A stretch of DNA of 64,000 nt from the IMG/VR virus record IMGVR_UViG_3300033074_001783, positions 32,001-96,000 of that record. The stretch is one strand, 5' to 3'. Made by a program: the position numbers and the translations under genes. This DNA comes from a virus (Duplodnaviria > Caudoviricetes). The notes beneath the pieces are model-generated. The model had not been told where the DNA came from, searched no databases, and worked only from the letters and a program-made list of their open reading frames with translations. Below, one piece after another: positions 27,183-37,075 of this stretch (within the stretch, counting starts at the first letter, position 1; each line of letters opens with the position of its first letter).

Positions 27183-30155
27183 TTATTGGTACATCCAAGC
27201 AAAAGAATTGCGCAGGTATTGATCCGCAGCCACTTGGTCGCGTCTTACACCCGGTTTTAATTTAACTCCGTTGTAAGATTCTGTTCTTGGCGCCATAAAT
27301 TGATTGGAAACAGTTGGTTGAGGTGTAAATGGATCAGGCGTTGTTTGAGGCTCTTGACCAAATCCAGCCAAAGAGGTGTTGATAGATCTCTTGGAAGTTG
27401 AGAAAGAAGCCAAAAAAGCCTTGTGCCAGTCGCTTATTGTTCCCTCTGTTGCAACGCTGCTTTGGAAAGAACCTTGCGGTGGAGCAACGTAACAACCGAT
27501 TGCGAGAGCCATGATTAGATCGTCCGATCTGCCCTTGGCAGCCTGTCCTCGTTTTCCTGTCCAGTTAAAACTGCTCATTTGTTCTGCGAATCTTGCGGAG
27601 TAGATTTTCAGTTTTTTATTTCGCAATATCTCTTCTAAGTTGGAAAGAATCTGTTCTCTGCTTCCGGGTTGTGTTCCGGGTTTTGTTGTAAACCCCGGAA
27701 GTTTTTCTGCCAACTCTTCTGGAGTTAACAGCATCATTTCTTCTGGTGTGAGATCTGGCCAATACAAATTTGGATATTTTAGATCTCTTAATTTGATCGC
27801 AGTCGCGAGGCCGATGCTGTTTTTCTCTTGAACAATCAAAGCTGTGTTGTGTCTGTAGCCCAATTCCACAAGGTACTCGCCATATCTATCGGGCGGTATT
27901 TTGCCAAGATACTCTGATGTTTGCTCCCAAGTGTTCATGTCAATGATCTCGGCGCCGCTGAAGTCTTCTGCGTCCCCTCTTGCAATGTCGGCACAAATGA
28001 TATACTTGTGATCTGGTACTGGAACCTTCCATATGTGCAAATCTGTCAGGGCTTTCTGATGAGGACCACCATACATGACGGGAGGTTGTGTGCCTTGAGA
28101 TACAGCGTCTATTGTTGTTTGATTGAAAAAAGTATTTCCAGAGGCTTCAAACGAGCAGTTGTGAACAATCAATCCTTGGACAACATAACTGTGGTCTTCT
28201 TCCACTTCAATGTTATAAACCACGCCATTCACAACACTGTGCGCAACTTGCTTGGTTTGAAACATGCCGACAACATAGTCATCAAAATTTCTTGTACGAC
28301 TGGTTGGTTTCTCAAGAACTTCCTTGCCAACACGCATTACTTCTTGGATGGTTTTGGTCTGTAATGATTCTAAACCATCCAATTCAATATACGAGTTGCC
28401 AGATGGATGATACCATACTCTTGGATAAAGACCGTACATGCCAAGCAAAATTCTAACCTGTTGCAGCAGTTTAGAAGAGGCACTAACCAATTTTAGTTTG
28501 TTGCCTTGGTTGTTGTGTTTAACGGCAGTTGGGTGATCGCCATCTCCGTCATAATGGCCAATAAGATAGCCGCGTACAAACTCTTCTGAACATGCAAGTA
28601 CATGATTTAAACGTAAACGTTTTTCATGTGCTTTGCCATCTGTTACGAAATGTCTGTAACATGCTATGATGAATTTATTGCACGTACTCAACGTAAAACA
28701 TTCCGAGTGTTGACGGATGTGTCTGGTATAAGTAACCCCCAATTCATCCAAATAATATTCAACAAACTTACCCAAAGTGTCAAGTTCGTTTACGTGAAAA
28801 GCTAGTTGCAACGTTTCTGTCACAGCACCTTTTGGAGAAGTGTTTTTGATGATACACCCTTCAGCTACAGCTAACCCGATAAATCTACCAAGATTTTCAT
28901 CAATTTTAACAAATCTCGGAATGGCTGGTGTGCGCTGTCGCCAATAGCTAACTTTTTCTGGACCTATTGTTGCACATGCCACCGGAAGAGACGCCAAGTC
29001 AAGTGTGTGTTGTATGTTGCCAATAAGTTGTTTGTTGTTAATTGGATGTAAACATCCATAAACACGATTATTTGCATTTTTATCAAATGGGATTAACTCA
29101 TCCAATGTGTTCCAACTTGGTTGGACACATTGGATTTTAATTTGATCCCATGCGTTGCCGCCTGTTGACCTGACATTTGTTTTGATAGACAAAACTGGGT
29201 GGTTACCAGTGATGTAAAATATGTCCTGTCTGTTGCAAGGTGTGGAAACTTGATACAGGTTTTCTCTTTGTTCCAAGTGCCTTGCTTGCGTTTGTTTGAC
29301 TCGTTTGAATGTGCCGGTGTGGGTTAAAACCTCGTCGCCAACACAAATGTCTTTGGCATAAGAGTAACCGTGTGGTGTGAGTATTTTGGTATCACCTCCA
29401 ACACAATTAAGTTCCTGCGCCATTTGTCTGTCATCCATGTTTTTTGACTCGGCATCAAACCACGCTTGATCGTGGAATGGATGAACGTGCCAAGGAAGCT
29501 TCATGGTGACGAAGTTGTTTCTTTTTGCCTCCGCATCAATCCACAGTTTGTAGAATTGACCCGTCTTACCTCTTGGGGTGGAGAAAACAACAATGGACCC
29601 ACCTTCTGTGGTGGTAGAAAGAATAGATTTCCAACCCTCCTCCAGTTTGGCATTGATTGCAGCTTCGTCAACAACCACGAAGGATGCTGCTTGACCACGG
29701 GCCGTGTCTTCTGTGGTGGGAAAAGCTTCTATTTTAGAACCGTTGGTTAGCTCAAGAACAGTGGCACTCTCACTTTTTGGAGCCGTGAGTTCAAGAACTT
29801 CTAACATCCAAGCTGGCAAGCCTCTCCAAGCTACTTTTATTTTTGCCAACATGTTTTTGCTACCTCTGAAGTTGTCAGCGATGAGCAAAATGTTTTTATC
29901 TTTGTGAAACAACGCTAACCACAGGCAATAGGCGGACGTAACAGTTGTCAACCCCAACTGTCTGCTTTTTAGAATGATGTTATATCTGTTTGTCAAGAAG
30001 TTGTTGATAACATCTTCTTGGAATGGGTATAGTTCAAACTGAATTCTACCTTTGGTTGGGTGTTGGATTTCAAGGTAGGTTCTGATGAAATACAATGGGT
30101 CTTGGCCACATTTTAATATCTCATCTATCTGAGCGGATCTTTTCTTCTGAGACAT
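27183..30155 (-). CDS. Terminase large subunit (T4 gp17-like) containing an intein
   Basis: LYPFQ, KSRQLGLTT (Walker A), VVVDEAA (Walker B), STPRG, ADIARG..EDFS, DDLIMALAI; likely start ATG 30155. Confidence 0.95.
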   Translation of the reverse strand: MSQKKRSAQIDEILKCGQDPLYFIRTYLEIQHPTKGRIQFELYPFQEDVINNFLTNRYNIILKSRQLGLTTVTSAYCLWLALFHKDKNILLIADNFRGSKNMLAKIKVAWRGLPAWMLEVLELTAPKSESATVLELTNGSKIEAFPTTEDTARGQAASFVVVDEAAINAKLEEGWKSILSTTTEGGSIVVFSTPRGKTGQFYKLWIDAEAKRNNFVTMKLPWHVHPFHDQAWFDAESKNMDDRQMAQELNCVGGDTKILTPHGYSYAKDICVGDEVLTHTGTFKRVKQTQARHLEQRENLYQVSTPCNRQDIFYITGNHPVLSIKTNVRSTGGNAWDQIKIQCVQPSWNTLDELIPFDKNANNRVYGCLHPINNKQLIGNIQHTLDLASLPVACATIGPEKVSYWRQRTPAIPRFVKIDENLGRFIGLAVAEGCIIKNTSPKGAVTETLQLAFHVNELDTLGKFVEYYLDELGVTYTRHIRQHSECFTLSTCNKFIIACYRHFVTDGKAHEKRLRLNHVLACSEEFVRGYLIGHYDGDGDHPTAVKHNNQGNKLKLVSASSKLLQQVRILLGMYGLYPRVWYHPSGNSYIELDGLESLQTKTIQEVMRVGKEVLEKPTSRTRNFDDYVVGMFQTKQVAHSVVNGVVYNIEVEEDHSYVVQGLIVHNCSFEASGNTFFNQTTIDAVSQGTQPPVMYGGPHQKALTDLHIWKVPVPDHKYIICADIARGDAEDFSGAEIIDMNTWEQTSEYLGKIPPDRYGEYLVELGYRHNTALIVQEKNSIGLATAIKLRDLKYPNLYWPDLTPEEMMLLTPEELAEKLPGFTTKPGTQPGSREQILSNLEEILRNKKLKIYSARFAEQMSSFNWTGKRGQAAKGRSDDLIMALAIGCYVAPPQGSFQSSVATEGTISDWHKAFLASFSTSKRSINTSLAGFGQEPQTTPDPFTPQPTVSNQFMAPRTESYNGVKLKPGVRRDQVAADQYLRNSFAWMYQ
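28158..29405 (-). mobile_element. Intein with LAGLIDADG homing endonuclease (416 aa) in terminase
   Basis: N-terminal junction ELN|CVGGDTKI; block B ITGNHPV; FIGLAVAEG and LIGHYDGDG; C-terminal VYNIEVEEDHSYVVQGLIVHN|CSF. Confidence 0.93.
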
Positions 30156-30156
30156 A

Positions 30157-30618
30157 CTAATCAATTTCCAATCTTAAATTGAGTTTATAGTATGCCTTTT
30201 TTATATGAGCATGAATCGTTGTTTGGGTATATTCCAACTCTTCATGAATTGATTCATTGTTAACGGATAACGAAACGGTCTTTTTGGACTCCTCGTTAAC
30301 ACGTTTTGCACGTTCCGCTTTGTACTCTTCTGAGATTTTTTTGATTTCGTCTTTTATGAAACCCAGAGCTTCTTCTCTGTGAGATTTCATCAGAGGATGC
30401 ATGGGATGTTTTTGATTCACCGTGCAAATTGTTACAAATGTGGCGGAAACATGTTTGTCATCCAAGAGCTTAAAACTCAAATAATGATGACGAGCCAAAC
30501 TTGATTGTTTGCCGAATGTGCGCTGAATTACAGTCGCAAGCAAATCAAATGTAGCTTTATCTGCAACTGGTTTTTGTGGAATGTGTATTTCTGGCACGGA
30601 ATTTACCTTCGTGCTCAT
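30157..30618 (-). CDS. Hypothetical protein
   Basis: ORF directly upstream of terminase; likely start ATG 30618. Confidence 0.55.
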   Translation of the reverse strand: MSTKVNSVPEIHIPQKPVADKATFDLLATVIQRTFGKQSSLARHHYLSFKLLDDKHVSATFVTICTVNQKHPMHPLMKSHREEALGFIKDEIKKISEEYKAERAKRVNEESKKTVSLSVNNESIHEELEYTQTTIHAHIKKAYYKLNLRLEID

Positions 30619-30627
30619 AAATAGCAA

Positions 30628-30960
30628 TCAAACAAGTGAAATGTTTGTTTTGTACTGTTTCTCTCTAGAGGCAATATACTCGTTCCATTTGTCGGCCATG
30701 TCAGTCTTTGGGTTTAAAGTACCATTTCTTATTCTGGCCCCATGTGGCTTGATCCAGAAAAGATCACAAAGATAGCAGACATGCTCTTGACGATACGACA
30801 AAGCATCGTCGGCGGTTCTTAGTGGCAGTTCACAAAATGGACAGAACAGAGGAACAATTACGTCGCTGTCAACAGGTTTTACAACGACCAAGTTTTCTTC
30901 AAATTTGGCAACCCTTTGTTTGTCAAGAGGCAACCATTCGTCAGAATGTTGTGTCTGCAT
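30628..30960 (-). CDS. Small zinc-finger-like protein
   Basis: CPFC...CYLC; likely start ATG 30960. Confidence 0.55.
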   Translation of the reverse strand: MQTQHSDEWLPLDKQRVAKFEENLVVVKPVDSDVIVPLFCPFCELPLRTADDALSYRQEHVCYLCDLFWIKPHGARIRNGTLNPKTDMADKWNEYIASREKQYKTNISLV

Positions 30961-31237
30961 GTGCTCTTTGTGCCAAGGAATCAAACGTTGATTCAAGATG
31001 ATCCAACAGTTGATCATTTGTCGGATCAAGATTAGCCGCGCTCCACGCCTCCATGAGTTGTGAATACTCGTTAGGGAAAAGTTTATTAGATATCGTCTGA
31101 AACGAAAGACCTGCTTTCGTTTGGTTTTCGTGCGTTGGATCTTGAACGGCAGCGAAGATGTTATCCGCCATTTTGTAAATCCTGCTGTAAAGGTCGTAGT
31201 CGGCGGGAATGATTTTTGTTGTCATTTGGTTGTGCAT
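30941..31237 (-). CDS. Hypothetical protein
   Basis: 98-aa ORF; AAGGA RBS. Confidence 0.55.
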   Translation of the reverse strand: MHNQMTTKIIPADYDLYSRIYKMADNIFAAVQDPTHENQTKAGLSFQTISNKLFPNEYSQLMEAWSAANLDPTNDQLLDHLESTFDSLAQRAHADTTF

Positions 31238-31245
31238 TTTTTTCC

Positions 31246-34200
31246 TTATACTTCTACTTTTGATTCTAGCCCTGTGTTGATTACTTCTATCATTTTATCT
31301 GCCACTTCTTTAACTTGCGGAATGTGTGAAATAACCAATATCAACTTAAAATGGTTTTTCAACATGACAAGCAATTGTAAACATTTTTGAATGCTGTCTT
31401 CGTCCAAGGCTCCAAAGCCTTCATCTACTATTAACATATCTGGTCTTGGAAGTGAAGACAAATTGTTGAGCGCTACTCTTAGAGCCAAAGAAGCGATCAT
31501 TTTTTCCATTCCAGAACCAAGTTCAATAATTCTTTTTGAGTGGCCATCCTCTATGTAAACGTCCAAAGTGTTGGAGGAAACTTCAGTTTCTAACACGAGT
31601 TTGAAGTCTACCACATTGTTCAGGATGTTTGAAAGTTCATTGTTTAACATCGGCAACTGTGTTTTCAAAACCATTGCAGGAATGCCATTTTTACTAAACG
31701 CCTCTTGCACGCTTCCAAGAATGGTTAATTTTGACAACACCTCTTGGTATTCTTTTCGTTCTGTAGTTAGCTGAGTTATTTTTGCACCAAGTTGACCTAT
31801 CTCCATTAACAAATCATTTTTACTTGATTCTGCCACTGCAAGCAATTTTTTGGCTTGCGCAAGCTCACGGTTTTTGGCGACCAACTCAGAAGTGTCAGGA
31901 GCATTCGCAACGGCAATGGCCAGTTCATCTCTAGCAGAGGTTTTTGTTGCAATCTTTTCTTTTGTTGCAGAAATTTCAGACAAACCCAATTTTATTTGTG
32001 TTTTGCATTGCTGCAATTTGCTTTCAAGATTCGTTATAGAAGCCGCAAGGGTGGCATGAGTTTGTAGTTGTGCGTCTATGCCCATTTTTGTCAATTCAAC
32101 AATCTGCAAATTCTCCTGATCGCGTTTGCTTGTTAAATCGCCAACCAACACCAACTGCTGTTGGATTTTGGTTTTGTCCTCGTGTCCATCTTTAATGAAA
32201 CGACAATGAGGAAACATGTCGCCGCAAGGGACCGTTTCAAGTTTCTTTACTGCTTTATCTTGTTCTTTCAAGACATGTGATTCTGTTTGAAGAGACAAGT
32301 TTACTTTATTGAGGTTTTCCTTGTGGTTGTTCAGTTTGTTTTTGAGTTTTTCTATCTCTTTGATGTTGATTTTTTCAAATGCTGTTTTGCTTTCTTCAAG
32401 CTGCAAAGCAAGTTTTGCGCCCAACATTACAGCATCTTCATGTAATTTGTGAGCTTTTTTCAAATCAACATTCGTCAACGTCTGCAATTCTTGCTCAAGT
32501 TTGACAAGTTTTGCTTTTAGTTCATCCGTATTCACCTGTTGCGCATTTGATATTAACCAAACTCTCAGTTTGTCAACCTCGTTACGAAACTCCCTGATGG
32601 TATCTTCCAGTTCTACCAAATCTACTTTTTTATTTTCCAACAACACTTCGGTCGTTGTAATTGCCTGATCCCATTCAACTGTGCTGTATTTGGAAGTTCT
32701 GGCATTGATGGCCTTGTAATCGTCATCTGCGTATTTGTTAAGAATTCCAAAAATATCAAGGTCAAGGAACCTGTTTAGAATCGCTTTTCTTTGTGTGGCA
32801 CCTTGGTCTATGAATCTTGAAATGTCGCCTTGGCTTGAATACGCAGTTAACTGGAAATCCGCTGGAGTTCCAATTATTTTGCGTATTACTTTGTCGGTGT
32901 CATTTCTTGTGATGTCGTTTTCACTTCCCAAAGGAACAAGTTTACCATTTTCATCCACACGATTAAATGTCAGAGTGGTTGTGGTTGCCATGACATCCTC
33001 TTGCCCTTTTTTAACTTCTTTTAAAGCAAGAGCACGGTCAACAACGTAATTCGTACCATTTGCAGAAAACCTTACTTTACATTTGGCAGAGCGTTTAGAT
33101 CTGTTGATGTAATGACCAACGGCTCTTCCAATTTCCCGTTCTGTTGTGTTGAACAGACCGTACATCAAAGCGCTAACAACAGAACTTTTGCCGGTTTTAT
33201 TCGGCCCAAACACGCCGACAATTCCAGAAAGTTTGTTGAAGTTGACACGATTGTTTTCTCCATATCTGAACAGGTTTGAGAACTCCAATTCCTTAACCGC
33301 CCAAATGACATCTCTAGCGCTTTCTTCGTTGTTTTGTTCTTTGAACTTTTGCACATATTTGGCAATAAGTTCTTCTCCTTCTTTCAACTGCGCCTCTGTA
33401 AACTCCAATTTTGCCAAATGAGAGGCAACATATTCTTTATACAGCGATACAAGAGAATTTACATCGTTTCTCAGACTTGTTTTACAAATCGTGACGTTGC
33501 CAGTTTGTATGGACTGCAAGTTGTTTCTTGTCACGTCTTCTTTGAAAGACAGTTCTTCGCATTGACGGTTTTCTCTGATCTCTTGATAAAGTTGTCTTTT
33601 TTCTACTTGGGAAATCAAAGTATTGGCGAGAACTCTAACGCGAGTGCCCGGAACAAAACTGCTGTTTCCCCTAAGAGACTCAACGGTTGCAAGCGTTGCT
33701 CTAACAGAACCCATCCAAGGGATTGATATAAATGGAGTTTTGTTTTGTAGAGGACAAAATTCTACATCCCAATCGTCTTTGGCTCTGATATCCCAAACAT
33801 AAAATCCTTTGGTTTCATCTTCGCCATAATTTTGTTGAATCAACGAACCGGGATAACCAATCCAAGGTTTCGCAACCCCATCTTTATCTGGTCTTGTGGA
33901 AAGAAACTGCTGTTTGTGGATATCGCCCAAAAAAGCAAAATCATACTCCCTAAAGAAATCCAACTGTTCTTCACCGTGAGTCATTCTCCAGTCTGAATCA
34001 GTTGCACAACCTGCAACAGAACCGTGATACAGGGCGATTCTTATCTTGTTTTCTTCTTTTGGAACACGCCTGACGTTTTGCCAACCATCTTTGTCAAAGC
34101 AAGAAAACACACAAAGATGAACTTTGTTTCCAAGAAGAACGCTCGGATGTTTGGTTTCGTAATCGTAGTCATACTGTTCCTCCGTCATCCACTCAGACAA

Positions 34201-34548
34201 ACTTGTTACTTGGCTTTTTTTAAGAAGAATGATTCTTGGATCATTCATTGCTTGAATGATCGGAGAGATGAAATCTTCTCTTGAATCATTCGCAAGATTG
34301 CCGTCATGATTACCAAGGAGAACATACAATGGAGCAATGTTTGAAAGTTTCTTAAAAGACCAAGAAACTTTTGTGATTGCTTCTGGTGTGATGTTTTGTG
34401 TTTTTGTGTGCCAAGTATCACCTGTGTTGATGATGATATCTGGTTTAATGTTTTTCAACTGCTCACACAGTTGTTCGTGAGCGTCAACATATTCTGCATG
34501 GCGCGTGAGACCGCGCCAATGTATGTCGCTGATGTGTGCTATTTTCAT
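31246..34548 (-). CDS. Fused Mre11/SbcD nuclease and Rad50/SbcC ATPase (T4 gp47+gp46-like)
   Basis: Phosphoesterase motifs HISDIH, GD, GNHD, GDIH; Walker A GPNKTGKS; coiled coil; signature SGMEK; Walker B IVDEGFGALD; ISH. Confidence 0.92.
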   Translation of the reverse strand: MKIAHISDIHWRGLTRHAEYVDAHEQLCEQLKNIKPDIIINTGDTWHTKTQNITPEAITKVSWSFKKLSNIAPLYVLLGNHDGNLANDSREDFISPIIQAMNDPRIILLKKSQVTSLSEWMTEEQYDYDYETKHPSVLLGNKVHLCVFSCFDKDGWQNVRRVPKEENKIRIALYHGSVAGCATDSDWRMTHGEEQLDFFREYDFAFLGDIHKQQFLSTRPDKDGVAKPWIGYPGSLIQQNYGEDETKGFYVWDIRAKDDWDVEFCPLQNKTPFISIPWMGSVRATLATVESLRGNSSFVPGTRVRVLANTLISQVEKRQLYQEIRENRQCEELSFKEDVTRNNLQSIQTGNVTICKTSLRNDVNSLVSLYKEYVASHLAKLEFTEAQLKEGEELIAKYVQKFKEQNNEESARDVIWAVKELEFSNLFRYGENNRVNFNKLSGIVGVFGPNKTGKSSVVSALMYGLFNTTEREIGRAVGHYINRSKRSAKCKVRFSANGTNYVVDRALALKEVKKGQEDVMATTTTLTFNRVDENGKLVPLGSENDITRNDTDKVIRKIIGTPADFQLTAYSSQGDISRFIDQGATQRKAILNRFLDLDIFGILNKYADDDYKAINARTSKYSTVEWDQAITTTEVLLENKKVDLVELEDTIREFRNEVDKLRVWLISNAQQVNTDELKAKLVKLEQELQTLTNVDLKKAHKLHEDAVMLGAKLALQLEESKTAFEKINIKEIEKLKNKLNNHKENLNKVNLSLQTESHVLKEQDKAVKKLETVPCGDMFPHCRFIKDGHEDKTKIQQQLVLVGDLTSKRDQENLQIVELTKMGIDAQLQTHATLAASITNLESKLQQCKTQIKLGLSEISATKEKIATKTSARDELAIAVANAPDTSELVAKNRELAQAKKLLAVAESSKNDLLMEIGQLGAKITQLTTERKEYQEVLSKLTILGSVQEAFSKNGIPAMVLKTQLPMLNNELSNILNNVVDFKLVLETEVSSNTLDVYIEDGHSKRIIELGSGMEKMIASLALRVALNNLSSLPRPDMLIVDEGFGALDEDSIQKCLQLLVMLKNHFKLILVISHIPQVKEVADKMIEVINTGLESKVEV

Positions 34549-34802
34549 GTACCTTTTACATCCATTCTGACCAACCTTCTTGATTCAGTATTGTCCATAA
34601 TCCCCAACATTTCTGCATGGGCAATTATCCATCCAATCCACCTAGCAGCTTTTTCGTTATCGGTGAACGATTGCATCTCTTTTATCATCCACAACAAATA
34701 ACCGGGTTTGTTGGTCATGTTTTCTGTCTCGGTTGCATTGGGATTTGTTTGTAATATTCCAGATGAGACAGCATTACACACATTGGGATAATATTTTAAC
34801 AT
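34545..34802 (-). CDS. Small hypothetical protein
   Basis: Fills the gap between primase and SbcCD; start may be 34718. Confidence 0.45.
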   Translation of the reverse strand: MLKYYPNVCNAVSSGILQTNPNATETENMTNKPGYLLWMIKEMQSFTDNEKAARWIGWIIAHAEMLGIMDNTESRRLVRMDVKGT

Positions 34803-35806
34803 TGATTTAACCTGTACAAGAAAAGGTCTTTTGTTGTTATTGGTTTGGCTGTTTCACACAACTGTTTCACTTGGGCTTTAGTTAACTGGCCAAGATCGTT
34901 GTACTCGTTGGGAATGTCCAAATGCCTTATTTCAATGTCATATGACAACAACAGTTTGGTGATGTTATAAGTTTTTTCCTTGGCGTCATTATCCAAACCG
35001 AGTAAAACAGGGGTGTTGTTTTCAATGATACGTTGAAACAATAAATAGTCTTTTGTGAGATCACTGCCAAGCAAAGGAACAGTGTTGGGACCGCACTTTA
35101 CAAGGTCAAAGGGACCTTCTACGAGAAGCACCTCTTTTGTCCAGTCTATGTTTATTTCATTAAACACAACCGTTTCTCTTGGAAACTTGGGACCGTAATA
35201 TTTTGGTTTGATTTTCTTTTTGATGGCTCTTGATGTAAAGAAATTCAAAATCCCATCTGTACCATACGAAGGAATTATCACTCTGTCGGTATATTCAGCG
35301 TCTTGAGTTGCAACACCAAATCTGTAATACCACAGATCTTCTATTTCAAGCCCTCTGTTGAAAAGGTAATCCCTTGCTTCTTGCATCTGAACAGATTTGT
35401 TTTTAGTGCCAACAAGAGGTACAAATCCTTTTGGCAAAGATACAGAGATGTTCTCGTGCAGATTTTCTTCTTTTTCAAGAAGATCATTGAATGTGGCAGA
35501 AAATGGTTTGCTGTGTCCTTCCTCTTCTTGAGAAGGCAGCATATCCGCAAACTCTGTCATAAATTCATGAAGATTATCTGGGTGATACTTTTTTATCAAG
35601 CCAAGAACACTGCGACTCTTGTAAAGACAAACCCAACAGTGTGCCCAAAAACAATCTGTCCTAATCACCAATTTTTTCTTGGTTTGCTCACCGGATGTTT
35701 CATGGCACACAGGACACAAAAAAGCTGCATTCAAACCGTTGTTTGACAGTTTGCTGTGTCCAAAGATCTTTTCTAGATGAGAGATTACTTCTCCGCGAGT
35801 ATGCAC
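34796..35806 (-). CDS. DNA primase (DnaG-type, T4 gp61-like)
   Basis: CPVC...HCWVC zinc finger; YL..RG; RVIIP; TOPRIM motifs VEGPFD and LDND. Confidence 0.9.
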   Translation of the reverse strand: MHTRGEVISHLEKIFGHSKLSNNGLNAAFLCPVCHETSGEQTKKKLVIRTDCFWAHCWVCLYKSRSVLGLIKKYHPDNLHEFMTEFADMLPSQEEEGHSKPFSATFNDLLEKEENLHENISVSLPKGFVPLVGTKNKSVQMQEARDYLFNRGLEIEDLWYYRFGVATQDAEYTDRVIIPSYGTDGILNFFTSRAIKKKIKPKYYGPKFPRETVVFNEINIDWTKEVLLVEGPFDLVKCGPNTVPLLGSDLTKDYLLFQRIIENNTPVLLGLDNDAKEKTYNITKLLLSYDIEIRHLDIPNEYNDLGQLTKAQVKQLCETAKPITTKDLFLYRLNQC

Positions 35807-35837
35807 AGGGTGCAGCTTGGACTGTTGGAATTGATGA

Positions 35838-36107
35838 TTATAACTGTTTCACGCCACCATGTTTTTGACTTATGTGGTAACGTGTGGAGTGAGAGTTTGT
35901 TAAGGAGGTGTATTGACTTACCTTTTTGCTTTTTATTTCCAAAACTAAGGTATTCTTTTTGTTTGGTTTAATCTCAGGCCAGATGTCAACAAAACCATCA
36001 TATTTTTGTGTGATCAACAAATCATAAAGCAGTTCTTGCGTTGCTTTGTCGGCTTGCATCTTGATGGTATAACTCAAACGTTCTTGTTCTGTAATGGGTC
36101 TCAACAT
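35838..36107 (-). CDS. Hypothetical protein
   Basis: Likely start ATG 36107 with AGGTG RBS. Confidence 0.45.
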   Translation of the reverse strand: MLRPITEQERLSYTIKMQADKATQELLYDLLITQKYDGFVDIWPEIKPNKKNTLVLEIKSKKVSQYTSLTNSHSTRYHISQKHGGVKQL

Positions 36108-36130
36108 GGATGCATCACCTGTCCTATTCC

Positions 36131-36718
36131 TTAATTGTGTGAAGGAAATAACAATTGACCGGCTTTTACAATAACAAACGAGTCGTTCATGTCTTTGTTG
36201 ATGGCGTTGTATACGGTCTGTCCTTTGACTATATGTGTGATCCAAGGAAACTCAGGATGCATGGCGAGAGTCTGTTGGAAAACCTGATCTTTTTGATTCT
36301 TTCCTTTGACCTTGTAGCCAAGCTTTGATCTGGCCGAGATAACGTTTACGTCTTGAATCTCGCAACCGAAAATCTTTCTTGACAAGTAACAAACAATCCC
36401 ATTGAACTTGGCAAGTGTGAGTACCGTGTCGGCGCTGCTTTGAGCAGAGAACCTCTTAGCATTTTCTTCCACAAAGATCCTTCTAACGCCACCTGTAGGA
36501 ATTTGCAGATTTCGTAAAAGCCTCTCCATCTCATCTGCCTTATCCCAGAGAGTTGGGAATTTTGGACCTAACTGGAAAGCTTTAAGACAGGCCAGTTGTC
36601 CAGTAGAGGTGAGGAGAGCAAGGCCAGTGCAACTTGTTGAGATGTCAAGTCCAAGGTCGTAGGGACCTTCTGCAAGGAATTCAATTCGTTCAACTTCTTG
36701 ATTGTGTGATTTGCCCAT
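36131..36718 (-). CDS. RuvC-like Holliday junction resolvase
   Basis: LGLDISTSCTG, IFVEE, LAKFNGIV, K.QV, DMNDSFVI. Confidence 0.8.
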   Translation of the reverse strand: MGKSHNQEVERIEFLAEGPYDLGLDISTSCTGLALLTSTGQLACLKAFQLGPKFPTLWDKADEMERLLRNLQIPTGGVRRIFVEENAKRFSAQSSADTVLTLAKFNGIVCYLSRKIFGCEIQDVNVISARSKLGYKVKGKNQKDQVFQQTLAMHPEFPWITHIVKGQTVYNAINKDMNDSFVIVKAGQLLFPSHN

Positions 36719-37071
36719 ATTTCAAATATAACTCCATTTTGTTCGCACCATACCCTAGCAGCGTTGCTTTTTTTAATCACCAAGGCGTTGGCTATTTTGT
36801 CTCCTCGTTTTACCTCAATCAGTTTACGGGTTCCATCTTTGTAGACAACTAGGAAATCAGGGTAATATCTACGAACTCTACCAGTTTTCAAATTGGAAAT
36901 ATAGGGAATAACAATGGATTCGTATGAATAGGAAACTACATTTTGATCTTGATCAAAATAGGTTGCAGCAACGAGCTCCCATCCAGACCTGTAATGCATA
37001 GGTCCGTTGGAAAGTTTCTCACTTGTGTGGATTCCTGTTTTGTATCTACTTTTTCTCTTCTTCTTTTTCAT
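36568..37071 (-). CDS. TnsA-N-like PD-(D/E)xK endonuclease (T4 gp4-like head completion nuclease)
   Basis: YRSGWE, YESIVIPY, YYPDF, LIEVK, K..AA..WC. Confidence 0.8.
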   Translation of the reverse strand: MKKKKRKSRYKTGIHTSEKLSNGPMHYRSGWELVAATYFDQDQNVVSYSYESIVIPYISNLKTGRVRRYYPDFLVVYKDGTRKLIEVKRGDKIANALVIKKSNAARVWCEQNGVIFEIWANHTIKKLNELNSLQKVPTTLDLTSQQVALALLSSPLLDNWPVLKLSS

Positions 37072-37075
37072 GTAA

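Noticed and set aside
36568-37071. TnsA-like ORF as part of a Tn7 transposon
   Set aside because: There are no tnsB/tnsC genes or transposon ends; it fits the T4 gp4-like head completion nuclease
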